Source: Macrostomum lignano
Taxonomy: Eukaryota
Assembly: GCA_002269645.1 (NCBI GenBank)
Contig: NIVC01001642.1
Span: forward strand, 7,214 to 71,213
Reading direction: 5' to 3'
Length of the DNA: 64,000 bases
Position numbers and translations under genes: made by a program. The notes below the pieces were generated by a model. The model was not told the origin of the DNA. It made no database searches and saw only the letters and a program-made list of their open reading frames with translations. Below are positions 12,991 to 24,510 of the stretch, piece after piece. The number at the start of each line of letters is the position of its first letter. Within the stretch, counting starts at the first letter, position 1.

Positions 12991-15671
12991 TTTTTTGTTT
13001 GTTGAATAGGGATTTAACCCCAGTGATACATTTTTGTGACCCTGCTTTTTTTAGCTACCGTCAGCCACGCGGTTTACCGTACTCTCTCCTCAACCCGTCA
13101 GCTTTTTTTCCTCTGCAGCAGCCAAACTGACATGTTTGTAGCCGCGCCTTCTAGCCGCACCAAAAAGTAAAACCTATGCCCTAATGATAATTTTTATCAG
13201 AAACTATACTTCTAGATGATCTAGAAGTAGATTATGATCCTAAATGAATGCCCCAAAACTTTTTTTGATGTTCGAGAAAAATTAGGAGTAAAAGTTTGTT
13301 TTAGGGCGGCTGAAGGGCCGCAGGCTGGAAGGGGGCTAGAGAATTTCATATGCATTTCAGATGTTAAATTACATATTTTACTCGTAATAGATGGCCCAAC
13401 CGATTACAGAAAGCAAATAAGTGAATAACCCCCAAATAGGATAACGACCGAAGTGACACCGTCACATGTTTCTATGGCGACCTAGCGTGTCTGATATTTA
13501 ATTTAAGGCACGCAAATATTTAATTAACTATTTTTTGGAACGCACTATACACATGTGCATGGCTGAAATGAAGTGAACTGAATTATTTAACCCTGATCTA
13601 ATCAATGATCAATGGTGTCAATTTTAAATTTTTTGTATGTCACTTTTAAGCCTACATATGTAGGTACAATGTTTATTAAAAATTAATGTCAGCCTACTGC
13701 TAGTGTTAAATTTAATACGATATTAACCTTACCATCTAGCTTTGTCTGTACGTCAGTCAATCTTCGTTTATATCACTAGACCTACGGAATCAGATAGGCT
13801 CGGCTGGGCCTGGGTCTATAAATTTAAATATTATGTTTCGATTGAATCGTTGTCAAATTTTACTGGTGCTCATAAATACGTATAAAGTATTAAAATACTT
13901 TTTAAAATGAAGCTTTAAATTATGCCGTGAAGTGATTTTAATAGGCAAGCTATATAAATTTAAATTAGCTATCTGAATGACTTGAAATAATTTTTCTTCA
14001 TTCTTTAAACTTCAAGGACTTTTCCAGAGACAAGTTTAGTTGTTTAGCTAATTTATGTTTTAGCCTGTCAGGACTCAGCACAGAAGCAGCCATTCAGAAG
14101 CAGTTGTGGCATGCGGGAGACGATTTGTGCAGTCATCTGTAGGCCAGATGAAGGCCAAAAAGTCGCCAGCCCATACATCAGGCAACAACTTGAAATATCT
14201 TGCAAGATCTTGAGAAACACGTGTGAAATCTTATAAGATCCTTAAAACTTTCTTGCGAAATCTTGTCAGATCTTATCAGATCTGCAAAAAAAACTTCAAG
14301 TCAGATCTTATATTTTTTTAGCAAAAATCATAGGAAATTTTAAGTAAGATCTGTCAAGTTTGCTCAAGTCATTGTCAACTAGGGATTGTTGTTGAGCCAC
14401 AAATGTCTGGGTAGGTTATTTGGTTGTTCTCAAGTTTAAATTCACTTATCAATAAGATATGTGCTACCGGTTTTGAACTTAGAGTTGATTTTGCGTCCTT
14501 AACTCGGGTTGTATTTAACAGTAGAAAGATCACACTGTTTTTCCCCATCGGGAAAGACCACGGGGTGTATTACAAATGCACACGACCCATTTCACGATAG
14601 CTCGCAAACCGAATTACCGATTTTCGTAAAATTCCACCTTTTAAAATCAAAATTTTCGGCCCTCTTAACTTTCAAAGTCATCCAACGTCACATCCGTCGA
14701 GATATTCAACGATTCTTGTCGAAGACACTGGTGGCAAGGACAACCAACACTACACTGTATAAACCTTTATTGTGAATCCATATTGGCTCAATAATCTGGG
14801 TTCATCTGTCTTAGAGCGTAGAGGCCTTTGTTCTCAGCATACCAGGCACCAGGGCCCCCTTCATCTCCATCTGGAGCATCGGCGGCGACCGTCGGGACCT
14901 TCAACAAAAGCACCCGATTGGCATCTCAGAGACGGCTGCGTTCCCAAAACTGAAATGGAAGAATCCTCTTCTGCATGCAGCATTCAGTCAGTAGACATAA
15001 TCAGTGAATGAAATGGACGATGGTGACCCTCTAGGCTGACCTGTAGACATACAGGCGACCTTCGGGACCTTCAACAGTGCCACCACGCGCCACGTGCCCC
15101 GACGAGCTGACACCGCCAGCATGGTGATTTTTCTATCAAGGCACCAAACCAGGCGCGGCATGTCTGCACATTATGCAATGGTCCTGCACCATGTTCAGCA
15201 CTGGTACACTGGACGACCTTCGGGACATTCAATGGAGTGCCACCACGAGGGCCTGACAAGCTGGCACCCCACCATGTTGAACATGGTGCAGGACCATTCT
15301 TCTAGTCTTTCTATTGTTAACTGTCTTGATAAACTTTCTTACTATCCCTGTGTGCTCTTTTGAATAATGTAGTCATTAGAGTTGTTCTAGTTGTCAGTTA
15401 ATTTCGTTTTATTTTTTTTAATCAAACGTTTCCAAACACATAAGCATTTATTGTTATTGGTTACATCTCTTGGTTTAGTTGACTTGGCTTTATCATTTCT
15501 TTGATTTATTATTTATTCCGAAAGATTTTGCTTGTAGGCTGTCAATGACGGTGGCTCCCAGTTTCCAAGATTTTTTAACGACGTTAAGGATTCTGTGTTG
15601 TAATTAACTAACGCGAGTTCATTTTTAAAGACTGATAACAGCTCCCTCAAAGAGTAGCTTGAATCCGCCGT

Positions 15672-16380
15672 CTGCAGATCCCCATTAACCCATCTGCAGA
15701 TCCCCATCATTCCATCTGCAGATCCCCACCATTCGATCTGCAGATCCCCACCATTCCATCTGCAGATCCCCACCAACCCATCTGCAGATCCCACAAACCC
15801 ATCTGCAGATCCCCATTAACCCATCTGCAGATCCCCACCAACCCATCTGCAGATCCCCATTAACCCATCTGCAGATCCCCATCATTCCATCTGCAGATCC
15901 CCACCATTCGATCTGCAGATCCCCACCATTCCATCTGCAGATCCCCATTAACCCATCTGCAGATCCCCACCATTCCATCTGCAGATCCCATTAACCCATC
16001 TGCAGATCCCCACCAACCCATCTGCAGATCCCTACTAACCCATCTGCAGATCCCCACCATTCCATCTGCAGATCCCCATTAACCCATCTGCAGATCCCCA
16101 CCATTCCATCTGCAGATCCCCACCATCCCATCTGCAGATCCCCACCATCCCATCTGCAGATCCCCACCATCCCATCTGCAGATCCCCACCATCCCATCTG
16201 CAGATCCCCACCATCCCATCTGCAGATCCCCACCATCACATCTGCAGATCCCCACCATCCCATCTGCAGATCCCCACCATCCCATCTGCAGATCCCCACC
16301 ATCCCATCTGCAGATCCCCACCATCCCATCTGCAGATCCCCACCATCCTATCTTCAGATCCCCACCATCCCGTCTGCAAA
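15672..16380. repeat. 22-bp tandem repeat (ATCTGCAGATCCCCACCATCCC), about 32 copies
   Basis: Head-to-tail units; source of the spurious GWWGSAD ORFs. Confidence 0.95.
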
Positions 16381-16752
16381 TCCCCAATTCCCCGACAAGG
16401 ACAACTGAAGTTACGTTATTTAAGTTGTCCTTGTTCCCCGACCCCATCCCATTCCATTTTTTATGAAAAAACCTACATAGTGACTGAAATAGTTTATAAA
16501 CGCATATACCCATGACTACTAATATAGTTAGTGAATATGTAATTATGTAAACTAATTTATATTGTCATTAAGTTGACTTTAAAAGCATTACGATCTGATT
16601 TAGATATGATGCTCCCTCCTTTTTGACCACCTGGTAATTAAAAGCATTACTTTATTGCTTATAGTTCACATATTTAATGGGTATGCATAAATTTTGTACT
16701 TTTTCAAGCAGCAATCCAAATATTATCATTCCTACGATAATTTCCAGAGAAA

Positions 16753-17583
16753 ATGGCTGCTGCAGCTTCCGAATCGTGTGAAACTGAACTCCATGATCAA
16801 ATTAAAAAACTGCGTAATTGGCTGCGGCAGTCAGAAGATGTTCGTGAACACCCTCCTCTGGGGGCATATACAATGTACCCATTTTCGGATTTGGATTGGG
16901 ATATGACTTCTGTCGATTGGTTGGAAGCAATTTTGGAATTAGAAAGAGAAGGTTACTACACTTATGATTCCTACCAATGGGTTGACGTGTCAAAAATATA
17001 CCACTTCAATGATAAAAACCGAAAAGTAAAACCAGATCCAGCAAGGCGAGTATGGAAGCCTGACAGTTTCCAATACTTAAAAAAGCAGGTTGATGAACAG
17101 AAAGAAATCTCGCCTGTTTTACTATCTCCTTCTGATGAGCATCCGGGACAGTATGATCTAACTGATGGAATCCATAGGATTGCTGCCGTTCACCATCACG
17201 GATATACATCCATTTTAGCTCGGGTGACAAACATTCGATCTCCGGATAGAACAAAAATGCCACCGCTGTTGACTGACCACTATCCATTTTGGCTCAATTA
17301 CTCACACGTGTGCTCAGTGGCGGGTACGATTGGTAGTGAAATTCAGAGTTTTAATAACTCCACATTTCTAGCAAATGAAACAGAAGTAACTGTTAATGTG
17401 TGCAGTCTTTCCTGCGCTAATAAGTTTCAAATTGAGTCGGCTCAAGCTGCGGATAATTATAACTCGTGGAAAGCCAAAAACATTAAAGGCTCCTTTGAGA
17501 CGTGCAAAGGGTCTACCGGTGAATTCAGCTGTGATTCTATTGAAGAAGCGGCTAAGTTTCTGGCAGGCAAAATGTGCAAATAA
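16753..17583 (+). CDS. 276-aa single-coding-exon protein with a ParB/Sulfiredoxin-like (ParB-N) domain
   Basis: Uninterrupted ORF in AT-rich surroundings, starting AAAATGG. ISPVLLSPSDEHPGQYDLTDGIHRIAAVHHHGYTSILARV matches the ParB/Srx pattern (I.V......Y...DG.HR..A....G...I). Confidence 0.75.
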   Translation: MAAAASESCETELHDQIKKLRNWLRQSEDVREHPPLGAYTMYPFSDLDWDMTSVDWLEAILELEREGYYTYDSYQWVDVSKIYHFNDKNRKVKPDPARRVWKPDSFQYLKKQVDEQKEISPVLLSPSDEHPGQYDLTDGIHRIAAVHHHGYTSILARVTNIRSPDRTKMPPLLTDHYPFWLNYSHVCSVAGTIGSEIQSFNNSTFLANETEVTVNVCSLSCANKFQIESAQAADNYNSWKAKNIKGSFETCKGSTGEFSCDSIEEAAKFLAGKMCK

Positions 17584-18228
17584 AGTTTAACTTTAAAACT
17601 GCGTAAAAGGTTGTGTAGCAGGTGTAGCTGTGCTTAGTGTTCAATGTTCTATGTTAATGTTGTAGCAGGTATGATTTTACTTATTTGTTCTGTCTGTCTC
17701 TAAGCTATGACTCTTTCTTGGAAAATTCCTAAGTTCACTCGATTTCTTAGAAATCTCGTGGTAGCTGTGAGTGTCTGAGCGGTAAGACACTGTCTAATTT
17801 CCTAAACTAGTTCGAAAGTATTGTATTGTAAAGTATTGTAATACTTTATTGAAAGTATTAAAAGTAACTCTAAAATGTAGTGTTCTTCGTTTGTTAGTTA
17901 TTCTTCTGGCGTCACTGAGAAGCTTCTTGATACTCGTATTGGAAGTCCATAAGGCTCTCTCATTTTAACTGTTTAACTGTATCTATACCCATGCTACGCT
18001 TTGCAAACTTTTTTACTCCTAACGTAGTAAAAGATAAAAATTAAAGCAACGATCAGCGCTTAGCTATTCACTCAGTCTAAGTATCACAATAATAACGTAC
18101 ATGTACGTGTGATAATTAAAGTTCAATTGCGATTTGCAGGATGCATATTGCAATCCCCGTGCAAAATTTAAAAAAAAACTTTCGAGCAATACACTTTCAA
18201 GAAAATATCCCTACCAAAATTGCTACAA

Positions 18229-19178
18229 CAAAACAACAACAACAACAAGAAAATACAGTCACAGTTAGAGCAGGGCGCGTCAGTCGATGGCGCGCCGCAG
18301 AGCCTGGGAGCGAACAAAGTCAGCTCCGTTGGCAGTGTCGGGCGCCCCAGCGTCGCACAGCAGGCAGTCCACGTATCGACGGGTTCGGGCCTGACCCCGC
18401 CTGAACGGACCCTGCAAGGTAAGCAGCAGGACGTCCTGAACAGGTTGGGGGCAGTAGCCCTCGGCCCGGATCACGTGACCCGCCAGTTGAGGTCGCCGCC
18501 GGCGCAAAATGATGGACGGGCGCTGCAGCTTGGCCCGATCGTACAGGACCTCGATCCCGACGCTCTCGTCAGCTGGAAAGCCGCACGGAGCAGCCCTGAG
18601 TGCGCCGAGTCCAGCTGCCGCTCAAGCGTAGCCGTCAGCGTCCACGTCTCGGCGTTGTAGAGCAGGACGGTTTCGACCCCCGCCTGCCACAGCCGAGCCC
18701 TCTGGCGGTCGGGCAGCGCTTCGGACTGGGGGACGGCTCGGATCGAACGAAAGGCCGCCCAGGCAAGTCCTCTGCGCCGCCGGAGGTCCTCTTCCACGTG
18801 GGGCACCAGACCGCCGAGGTAGGTGAACCGCTGGCAGCGTGCGAGCCTGGTCGTCTGCCCGTCTGCGCCGCGGCACGTCAGGTCCGCTGGGAATGTCGGC
18901 CGGCACAGTCAGCACCTCGGTCTTCAGCGTGTTGACGATCAGACCGACGCTCGATGCCACCTCGACCAGCCTGTCGATCTGGCGCTGGGCGCCTTCAACG
19001 GACGAGGACAGGAGGGCGAGGTCGTCGGCGTAGCCAAGCACGCTTAGGCGCTTTTCGCCGTGGCGGTGACCGATGCGTCTGCGCAGCAGGAAGCCGTCAT
19101 CAGCCGAGGGGAGAGCGGTCCGAAGCACCCAGTCCAGAAGCAGCACGAAGAGGAACGGCGCTAGCGTGTTCTGTTCTG
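18229..19178 (-). mobile_element. 5'-truncated RTE-like non-LTR retrotransposon (RT C-terminal half)
   Basis: TLAPFLFVLLLDWVLR...LGYADDLALL, with frameshifts. It has a (TTG)n 3' tail and a 12-bp TSD AAATTGCTACAA at 18217-18228 and 19179-19190. Confidence 0.9.
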
Positions 19179-19461
19179 AAATTGCTACAAAAAGGCAATT
19201 CAATATTCATATTCAACACGAAGCTTCTAAAAATTTGAGAAACAATTCGCTTGCAAGAATCGCGAGATTTTCGTGGTGTCCAATTGCAATTCTTGGTAAT
19301 TGGTTGTCACAAATTATGATGAAACCTTTTTTAAAGCTTATAAGTTATGATCATGCTTTATAATATATATTGAACTCGTTTTCATTACATTATATATTAT
19401 CATTTATGGTAAATGTCAAAAAATTGCGCCAATATGTTGCATGTACACTACAATGAAGAGT

Positions 19462-20033
19462 CTAACAAATGCCTCCAAGACTCAACGACAGCTCATATTC
19501 CATCCCGCCGCCACTGTTCAAGTGCCTGCCCAGCTGTAGAGGATGGTTAATCTCAGTTATCTGTCGCGGCCACTCAGTCTTGACAATCCTGATGGAGCTG
19601 TCCGCAATTACTCGTCGTGGCGGCAGCTCGTCGAACTCCATGGTTCTCTCGCCAGCTTTGAGACAGTTAATCAAGCCGCCAAGTTCTTTGTCCGTCTGTA
19701 TGTGGCCTATCCGTGTGCCGTTGTCGATGATAAACATCAATTCGCCGATGTACAACTGGACAGTAATGCGACTATACTCTGTAGCTGCGATGGTGACTTT
19801 ATGAATAGTTAGCCACCACCATTCGATGTTGTCTGGGCACAGAAAGTCAGCAACTGCTACAGCTGGAAGTAATTGAAGACAGCCCAGCAACACCAGCAAT
19901 GAACACGAGCTGCACAATGCAAGCTGCACGATTTTAGTAGGCTGAAATGTTGTCATTGTTATATATTGGTCCATAAATATATATATTTGAATTCTACCCA
20001 CAAAATCAGCACCTAAAACGCAATACTTACCAT
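19462..20033 (-). CDS. Small secreted orphan protein A (ATG mini-exon 20033-20031 plus exon 19941-19462)
   Basis: ATG|GTAAGT, 89-nt intron, TTTCAG|CCT in phase 0, giving MPTKIVQLALCSSCSLLVLLGCLQLLPAVAVA (signal peptide). Then CPDNIEWWW...LQLGRH...LGGIC*. Confidence 0.75.
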
Positions 20034-20317
20034 ATCAAACGGCAAAGCTTTGAAGTGGCAATGGAAAACTTGCGTCTATGAAAAAAATCCTTTTCAATTT
20101 TACGCTCTATAGTATAATATTATATATATGTGCTGATAAAGGTGGAGTGGTATACACTAGAGCGATGTCAAATTCAAAAATAAAATTTGTTTAAGCGATT
20201 GTCTATGGCTTTTGTACATTGTATCGAATGTACTTGTCATCTGTGCGTCTAAAAATAGCGAATTTGACCACTAAAGTTCCACTGAAAGTGTTGTTGTAAA
20301 AAGTTATCTCGAAAAAA

Positions 20318-22318
20318 GGGGATGTCAACTTAAGCACCAGAATGGAGCCCGAAGTTTAGCTCCAGACCAAACCGACTGGAATCGATAACTTGTCGACCCA
20401 GACGACTAGAATCGCCGAGACATCCCATCCGGGTCCCTTCCTTGGGATACCAGGGGATAAAGGGGATAAAATGGGGATCTCATGTCAACTTAAGGCTCTA
20501 GAATGGAGCCCAAAACAAGGCTCTCGACCAAACCGACTGGAATCAGCAGATTAGACATTGTTATCGAGAACTCAATGGCAAAGTACAATCGGGCACATCC
20601 AGGTTTTGAATCATTGAAACAGCTGCCACCGTCATGGACAGGGCTATCGTTGTTCGAATTCCGTTAGAATTTCATGCGCTGAGTGTTCTTGTCCAACGAA
20701 CTGGACGAAATTGAGCAGCTGCAACTCAACGGTGATCTGACGCGAGGGCTAACTAACTCCTCTGCTAACACAAGGGCATGGATTTCCGTCAATCCGCTGG
20801 ATCCAAAAAGCTGGGGGTTCCCCCGAATTCACACAGACAATTTGACGGAGGTTTCGGTGGGTCCGTATCAACTGTAAGCAACTGAATGTAAGCCGATGAT
20901 TACATTCAAAACATTCGAATTCACACAAGAGAATTTGACAGAGAGTTTTGGTGGGTCCGTCATCAACTAAATCAAGCCGATGATCAAAACATTCGTGTCA
21001 AAAAGGTTCTCGGTAGCTATACGAAGGTCACTCCTGAAGAGACTTTCAGTCGCTCACATCCGAACATCTGAGCCACCTGAAGTGTTGGAATTTTCGGCAA
21101 GAGTCGTCCCAGTCAGAAAACTGAAACAACCTATTCGGTCGGTGGCATCCGTCTTGGATTTTTCTAGCTGTCGTTTTCTCGCGCCATAATTCGAAATCTT
21201 ACCACGTGATTCTTAGAGTGTGTGACAGCAGCGGACAATCGCTTTGGTTTTAGAGATCCAGGATTGCAACTTCCTTCATGGCTACTATTCGTCTGCAAAA
21301 GCTGGAAATACGACTGCAGGCTGCGATTGTCATGTAATGGCAGTGCTCAAACTCCTGGGCTGCTACGCTTAACCACCAAGATAGCTATCGAAGGTCTGGT
21401 GCTAGCCTTCGCTTTGTTGATTCCGCTCTTCCACGCAACGCAGGCTTGTTGCCAGAATTTATACCAGAGAAAATGCTTTACCACAGCAGCGAAAGCCTAC
21501 TGAGCAACAGTCTAGCAGACAGCATAAGGAGTTTCAGTCAGCCAGCAGCAGCTCACGATCCAAGCCTCAGCCTTCAAGACTATTTGGTCTTCAAAACCAT
21601 GGTCAGCAGTGCTATACGCAATTGTTGTTGCACAACTGTTTCACTGCATCAGCAGCAAATTCCAGCTCTTTCAGCCGGTCAGAGGTAGAGCAGTGAACAC
21701 CGCAATGACCAACCTGATGACGTCTATGGCGACTGGACCAGCAAGCGTAGATCAACTTGTCAAAGCTATCCGACGCCGATATCCACAGCAGTTGTCGCCA
21801 AGACAGCAACACTCCATGAACGAGGTGCTACAGTGCATTCTGTCAGAGTTGCAGCTGCAGCGTCATTGCCTAAGCGAATTTACACTAACCGTACGTGCGG
21901 TAGTTGCCTGATTAGCACGGAGGAGTTCTGGATAATCGTATCCTCAGAATCTCCTTGCAGGAGTTTTCAACCGCACTGTTAACTCTAGACTGTCTGTACG
22001 CTGCTTTTACGTCACCAAAGCACGTCCCATGCACTAACACCAACTATGCAGCTGATAGTGCGCTGGAAGTTCAAGTCTCTAACGGCAGAGTGACCCTGAT
22101 GCAGAGTGTCCGGAGCTGAACTTCGGGCTCCATTCTAGAGCCTTAAGTTGACATGAGATCCCCATTTTATCCCCTTTATCCCCTGGGACCCCAAGGAAGG
22201 GACCCGGATGGGATGTTTCGGCGATTCTAGTCGTCTGGGCCGACAAGTTATCAATTGCAGTCGGTTTGGTCCGGAGCTAAACTTCGGGCTCCATTCTGGT
22301 GCTAAAGTTGACATCCCC
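20318..22318. mobile_element. Non-autonomous DNA transposon, 2.0 kb, with ~200-bp terminal inverted repeats
   Basis: GGGGATGTCAACTTAAGCACCAGAATGGAGCCCGAAG... (20318 to about 20520) is the near-perfect reverse complement of about 22115-22318. Each TIR contains an internal duplication. No transposase and no clear TSD. Confidence 0.85.
21586..21911 (+). pseudogene. USP (peptidase C19)-like N-terminal catalytic fragment inside the TIR element
   Basis: GLQNHGQQCY (21586-21615) resembles the Cys-box GLxNxGNTCY. After a frameshift it reads AIVVAQLFHC...VDQLVKAIRRRYPQQLSPRQQHSMNEVLQCIL, resembling the QQDAxE box. Confidence 0.5.
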
Positions 22319-22460
22319 TTTCTCTTGTTCTCTCTTCTTTCAAAGTCGTTTCGAAAGAAACAGAAAGTAAATGTAATCAGTTTATGTTAGACTTCAACTT
22401 AGTTCGCAACACAGCTTATAAAACAAAAATTTAGAAGCAAAAAAGCAAAGTCTCGAAGGA

Positions 22461-23924
22461 CTAGGATTCCGTGTAAATGCGAAGAAGAAATTCCAATCGC
22501 TTGCCATTCAGCGGCGATTCAGTCTGTGGCACCACCGTGTAATCACCTGGCGGCAGGGACACGCGGAACACTACCGAGCGCTGGTTGTCTTCGGGGTGTT
22601 GAGCCACCTGGTACACGGGTCGCCTCAGACAGTTAGCCCCTTTATAGATGTCAACAGCTTTGACAGAGAATCGTCGCTTTTCTAGCGGAATGTTGCGCTG
22701 CCCCGGCTCTTCCAGACTGATCACAACGGTGGCAACTCCGTCCTGATTGCTTCCATCGCAAAAATTTGTCAGGAACGTGTTGTCCTCGAAGAATTCGTCA
22801 ATTTTTTGACCTGGATACCACTCTCCGTAGATGTACTTGCCGTTCCACTCGGCTCCCGTCACGCCGTTGTCCAAATTTCTAGCCAAATGCAAAACTGTCA
22901 GGAACTCGAAGAACTTCATAAAGTCGGACAGCTCCATCCAGTTCTCACCGTCGTCCTGCTTCACTAATCCAGCTAGCTTCATCTGCTCGGGCGTCCACCT
23001 GGGATCATTGTCGTTCCATTTGCCGCGCCATTCAAATTCGCTTAGCGGCCCCCAGGGATTGCAAATCCGGATCAGATCCACCAGCTTGCCATTGTGTGGG
23101 ATCTGCACTGTGCCTGTGACGATGTATTCGTGACCGGACGTCAATCCGAGGCTCTCGAGGTTTTCGCCCAGAATTTCGGTGTGGGTAGCCGCACCAGCGG
23201 ACAGTTTTTTTGATAGGCAATACTTAATGTTCTCCAGCACCTTTGCCCCGTCCTCCCGCTTGAATGGGATCAACTCGCACACTCCACCAGTGAGGTCGGC
23301 CATGGCCTCCAGCTCGAGCCCGCCAATTAGAGACTCATAGCATCCGTGCAGCTTAGCTAGCGCCTTCTCCAACAGGCAGACCCAGTACTCGCCCTCGTGC
23401 GCCGCGGCGTACACAAGCTGGCCGTCCTTGGTCGGCAGTCTATCGTCCACCATGATCTCCACTTCGCGTCCAAATGGTCGGAAGCGGAACCGGAAGGCGC
23501 CGCAGTAACCTGCACCGCTCAGTGTCTGGTCAGGAAGGATGACCTGGGACAGTAGGTCCGGTCTCTGCGTGATGGCAGCAACAGCAGCCAAGATCCAGCA
23601 GTTCTCCAGTTCGCCTTGATTTATATCAAATCGAGAGAAACCATCTTTGACGAACTCCGGGTCAGCGTCGAGTTCTTTAGGTCGCAGCCACTTGTAATTG
23701 AGCTTCTTGTGAGCATAAGTTAGAGAAGTGTCGTCGGCCGGAAATTCCGGATCTTCAAACAGCCTTTTGCTAGCTCGAAGCTCCCGGATTATCTCATTGT
23801 TCTTTTCAACGTTCAGAGTTATAAAATTAGTCGTTGACACTCGAAATTGAGAGCAGCTTGCAGTAGAAGGTCTCCAAAACGCCTCTTGCTGCATGACGTT
23901 TGCCAGCAAAACTACTAATAAAAT
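22461..23924 (-). CDS. Non-classical calpain (CysPc plus C2-like domain III, no PEF) with intact catalytic triad; coding region in one large exon
   Basis: LFEDPEFPA, DINQGELENCWILAA (Cys), GHEYIVTG (His), RICNPWG (Asn), VDDRLP, C-terminal PGDYTVVP...EFLLRIYTES. A strong 3' splice site (CTAAT branch, poly-Y, CAG) ends at 23925. The first in-exon ATG is at 23894. Confidence 0.92.
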   Translation of the reverse strand: MLLVVLLANVMQQEAFWRPSTASCSQFRVSTTNFITLNVEKNNEIIRELRASKRLFEDPEFPADDTSLTYAHKKLNYKWLRPKELDADPEFVKDGFSRFDINQGELENCWILAAVAAITQRPDLLSQVILPDQTLSGAGYCGAFRFRFRPFGREVEIMVDDRLPTKDGQLVYAAAHEGEYWVCLLEKALAKLHGCYESLIGGLELEAMADLTGGVCELIPFKREDGAKVLENIKYCLSKKLSAGAATHTEILGENLESLGLTSGHEYIVTGTVQIPHNGKLVDLIRICNPWGPLSEFEWRGKWNDNDPRWTPEQMKLAGLVKQDDGENWMELSDFMKFFEFLTVLHLARNLDNGVTGAEWNGKYIYGEWYPGQKIDEFFEDNTFLTNFCDGSNQDGVATVVISLEEPGQRNIPLEKRRFSVKAVDIYKGANCLRRPVYQVAQHPEDNQRSVVFRVSLPPGDYTVVPQTESPLNGKRLEFLLRIYTES

Positions 23925-24510
23925 CTGTACAAAGATTAGAAAAAGAGAAGATTATCTCTATTCTCTTTTGAATCAGGGCCGGGTCTTCTTGAACCCGAGT
24001 TCCAAGTTATTTGCACATTTAAATGGGTAAAAAATAGATTTTTCACTGGGAAACCGTATAGTCTATGGAAAAGTCAATCAATTCTATGCAGTAGAACACA
24101 CGTCTAAACCATTTTAAAAATAGCAAAAAACACAAAATATGAACATAAAACAAACGCAGAGCAAATCAAGTTTAGATATTGTGAATTGATCACATCCCAG
24201 ATTAATGCGAGTATAGATTTATTGATATTGCAGAATACACCAGGTACAATAGTACGACCTACATTGTATAATTGGCTACATTGTATAGTTTACCAGCTAC
24301 GAGTATATCTGTTACTGGATAAATTAGCTCTAATGTTAAAGGGCAACTTTATATTTTAACCTTTGCAATTCACAGACTGTGGAGACTGTGACAAAAAACG
24401 CAGTTTCGAAAAACCTGCCAAACAAACGAAACCGATTTTGATTCTACGAAGTTAGATTGAACGATTTAAACAAAAGGCGTGCATATAGTCGTGTATAAAC
24501 AATATGTATT

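Noticed and set aside
15513-16513. GWWGSAD-repeat ORFs
   Set aside because: Artefact of the 22-bp tandem repeat.
16753-17583. Calling the ParB-like ORF sulfiredoxin (SRXN1)
   Set aside because: It lacks the GCHR catalytic Cys and is much longer.
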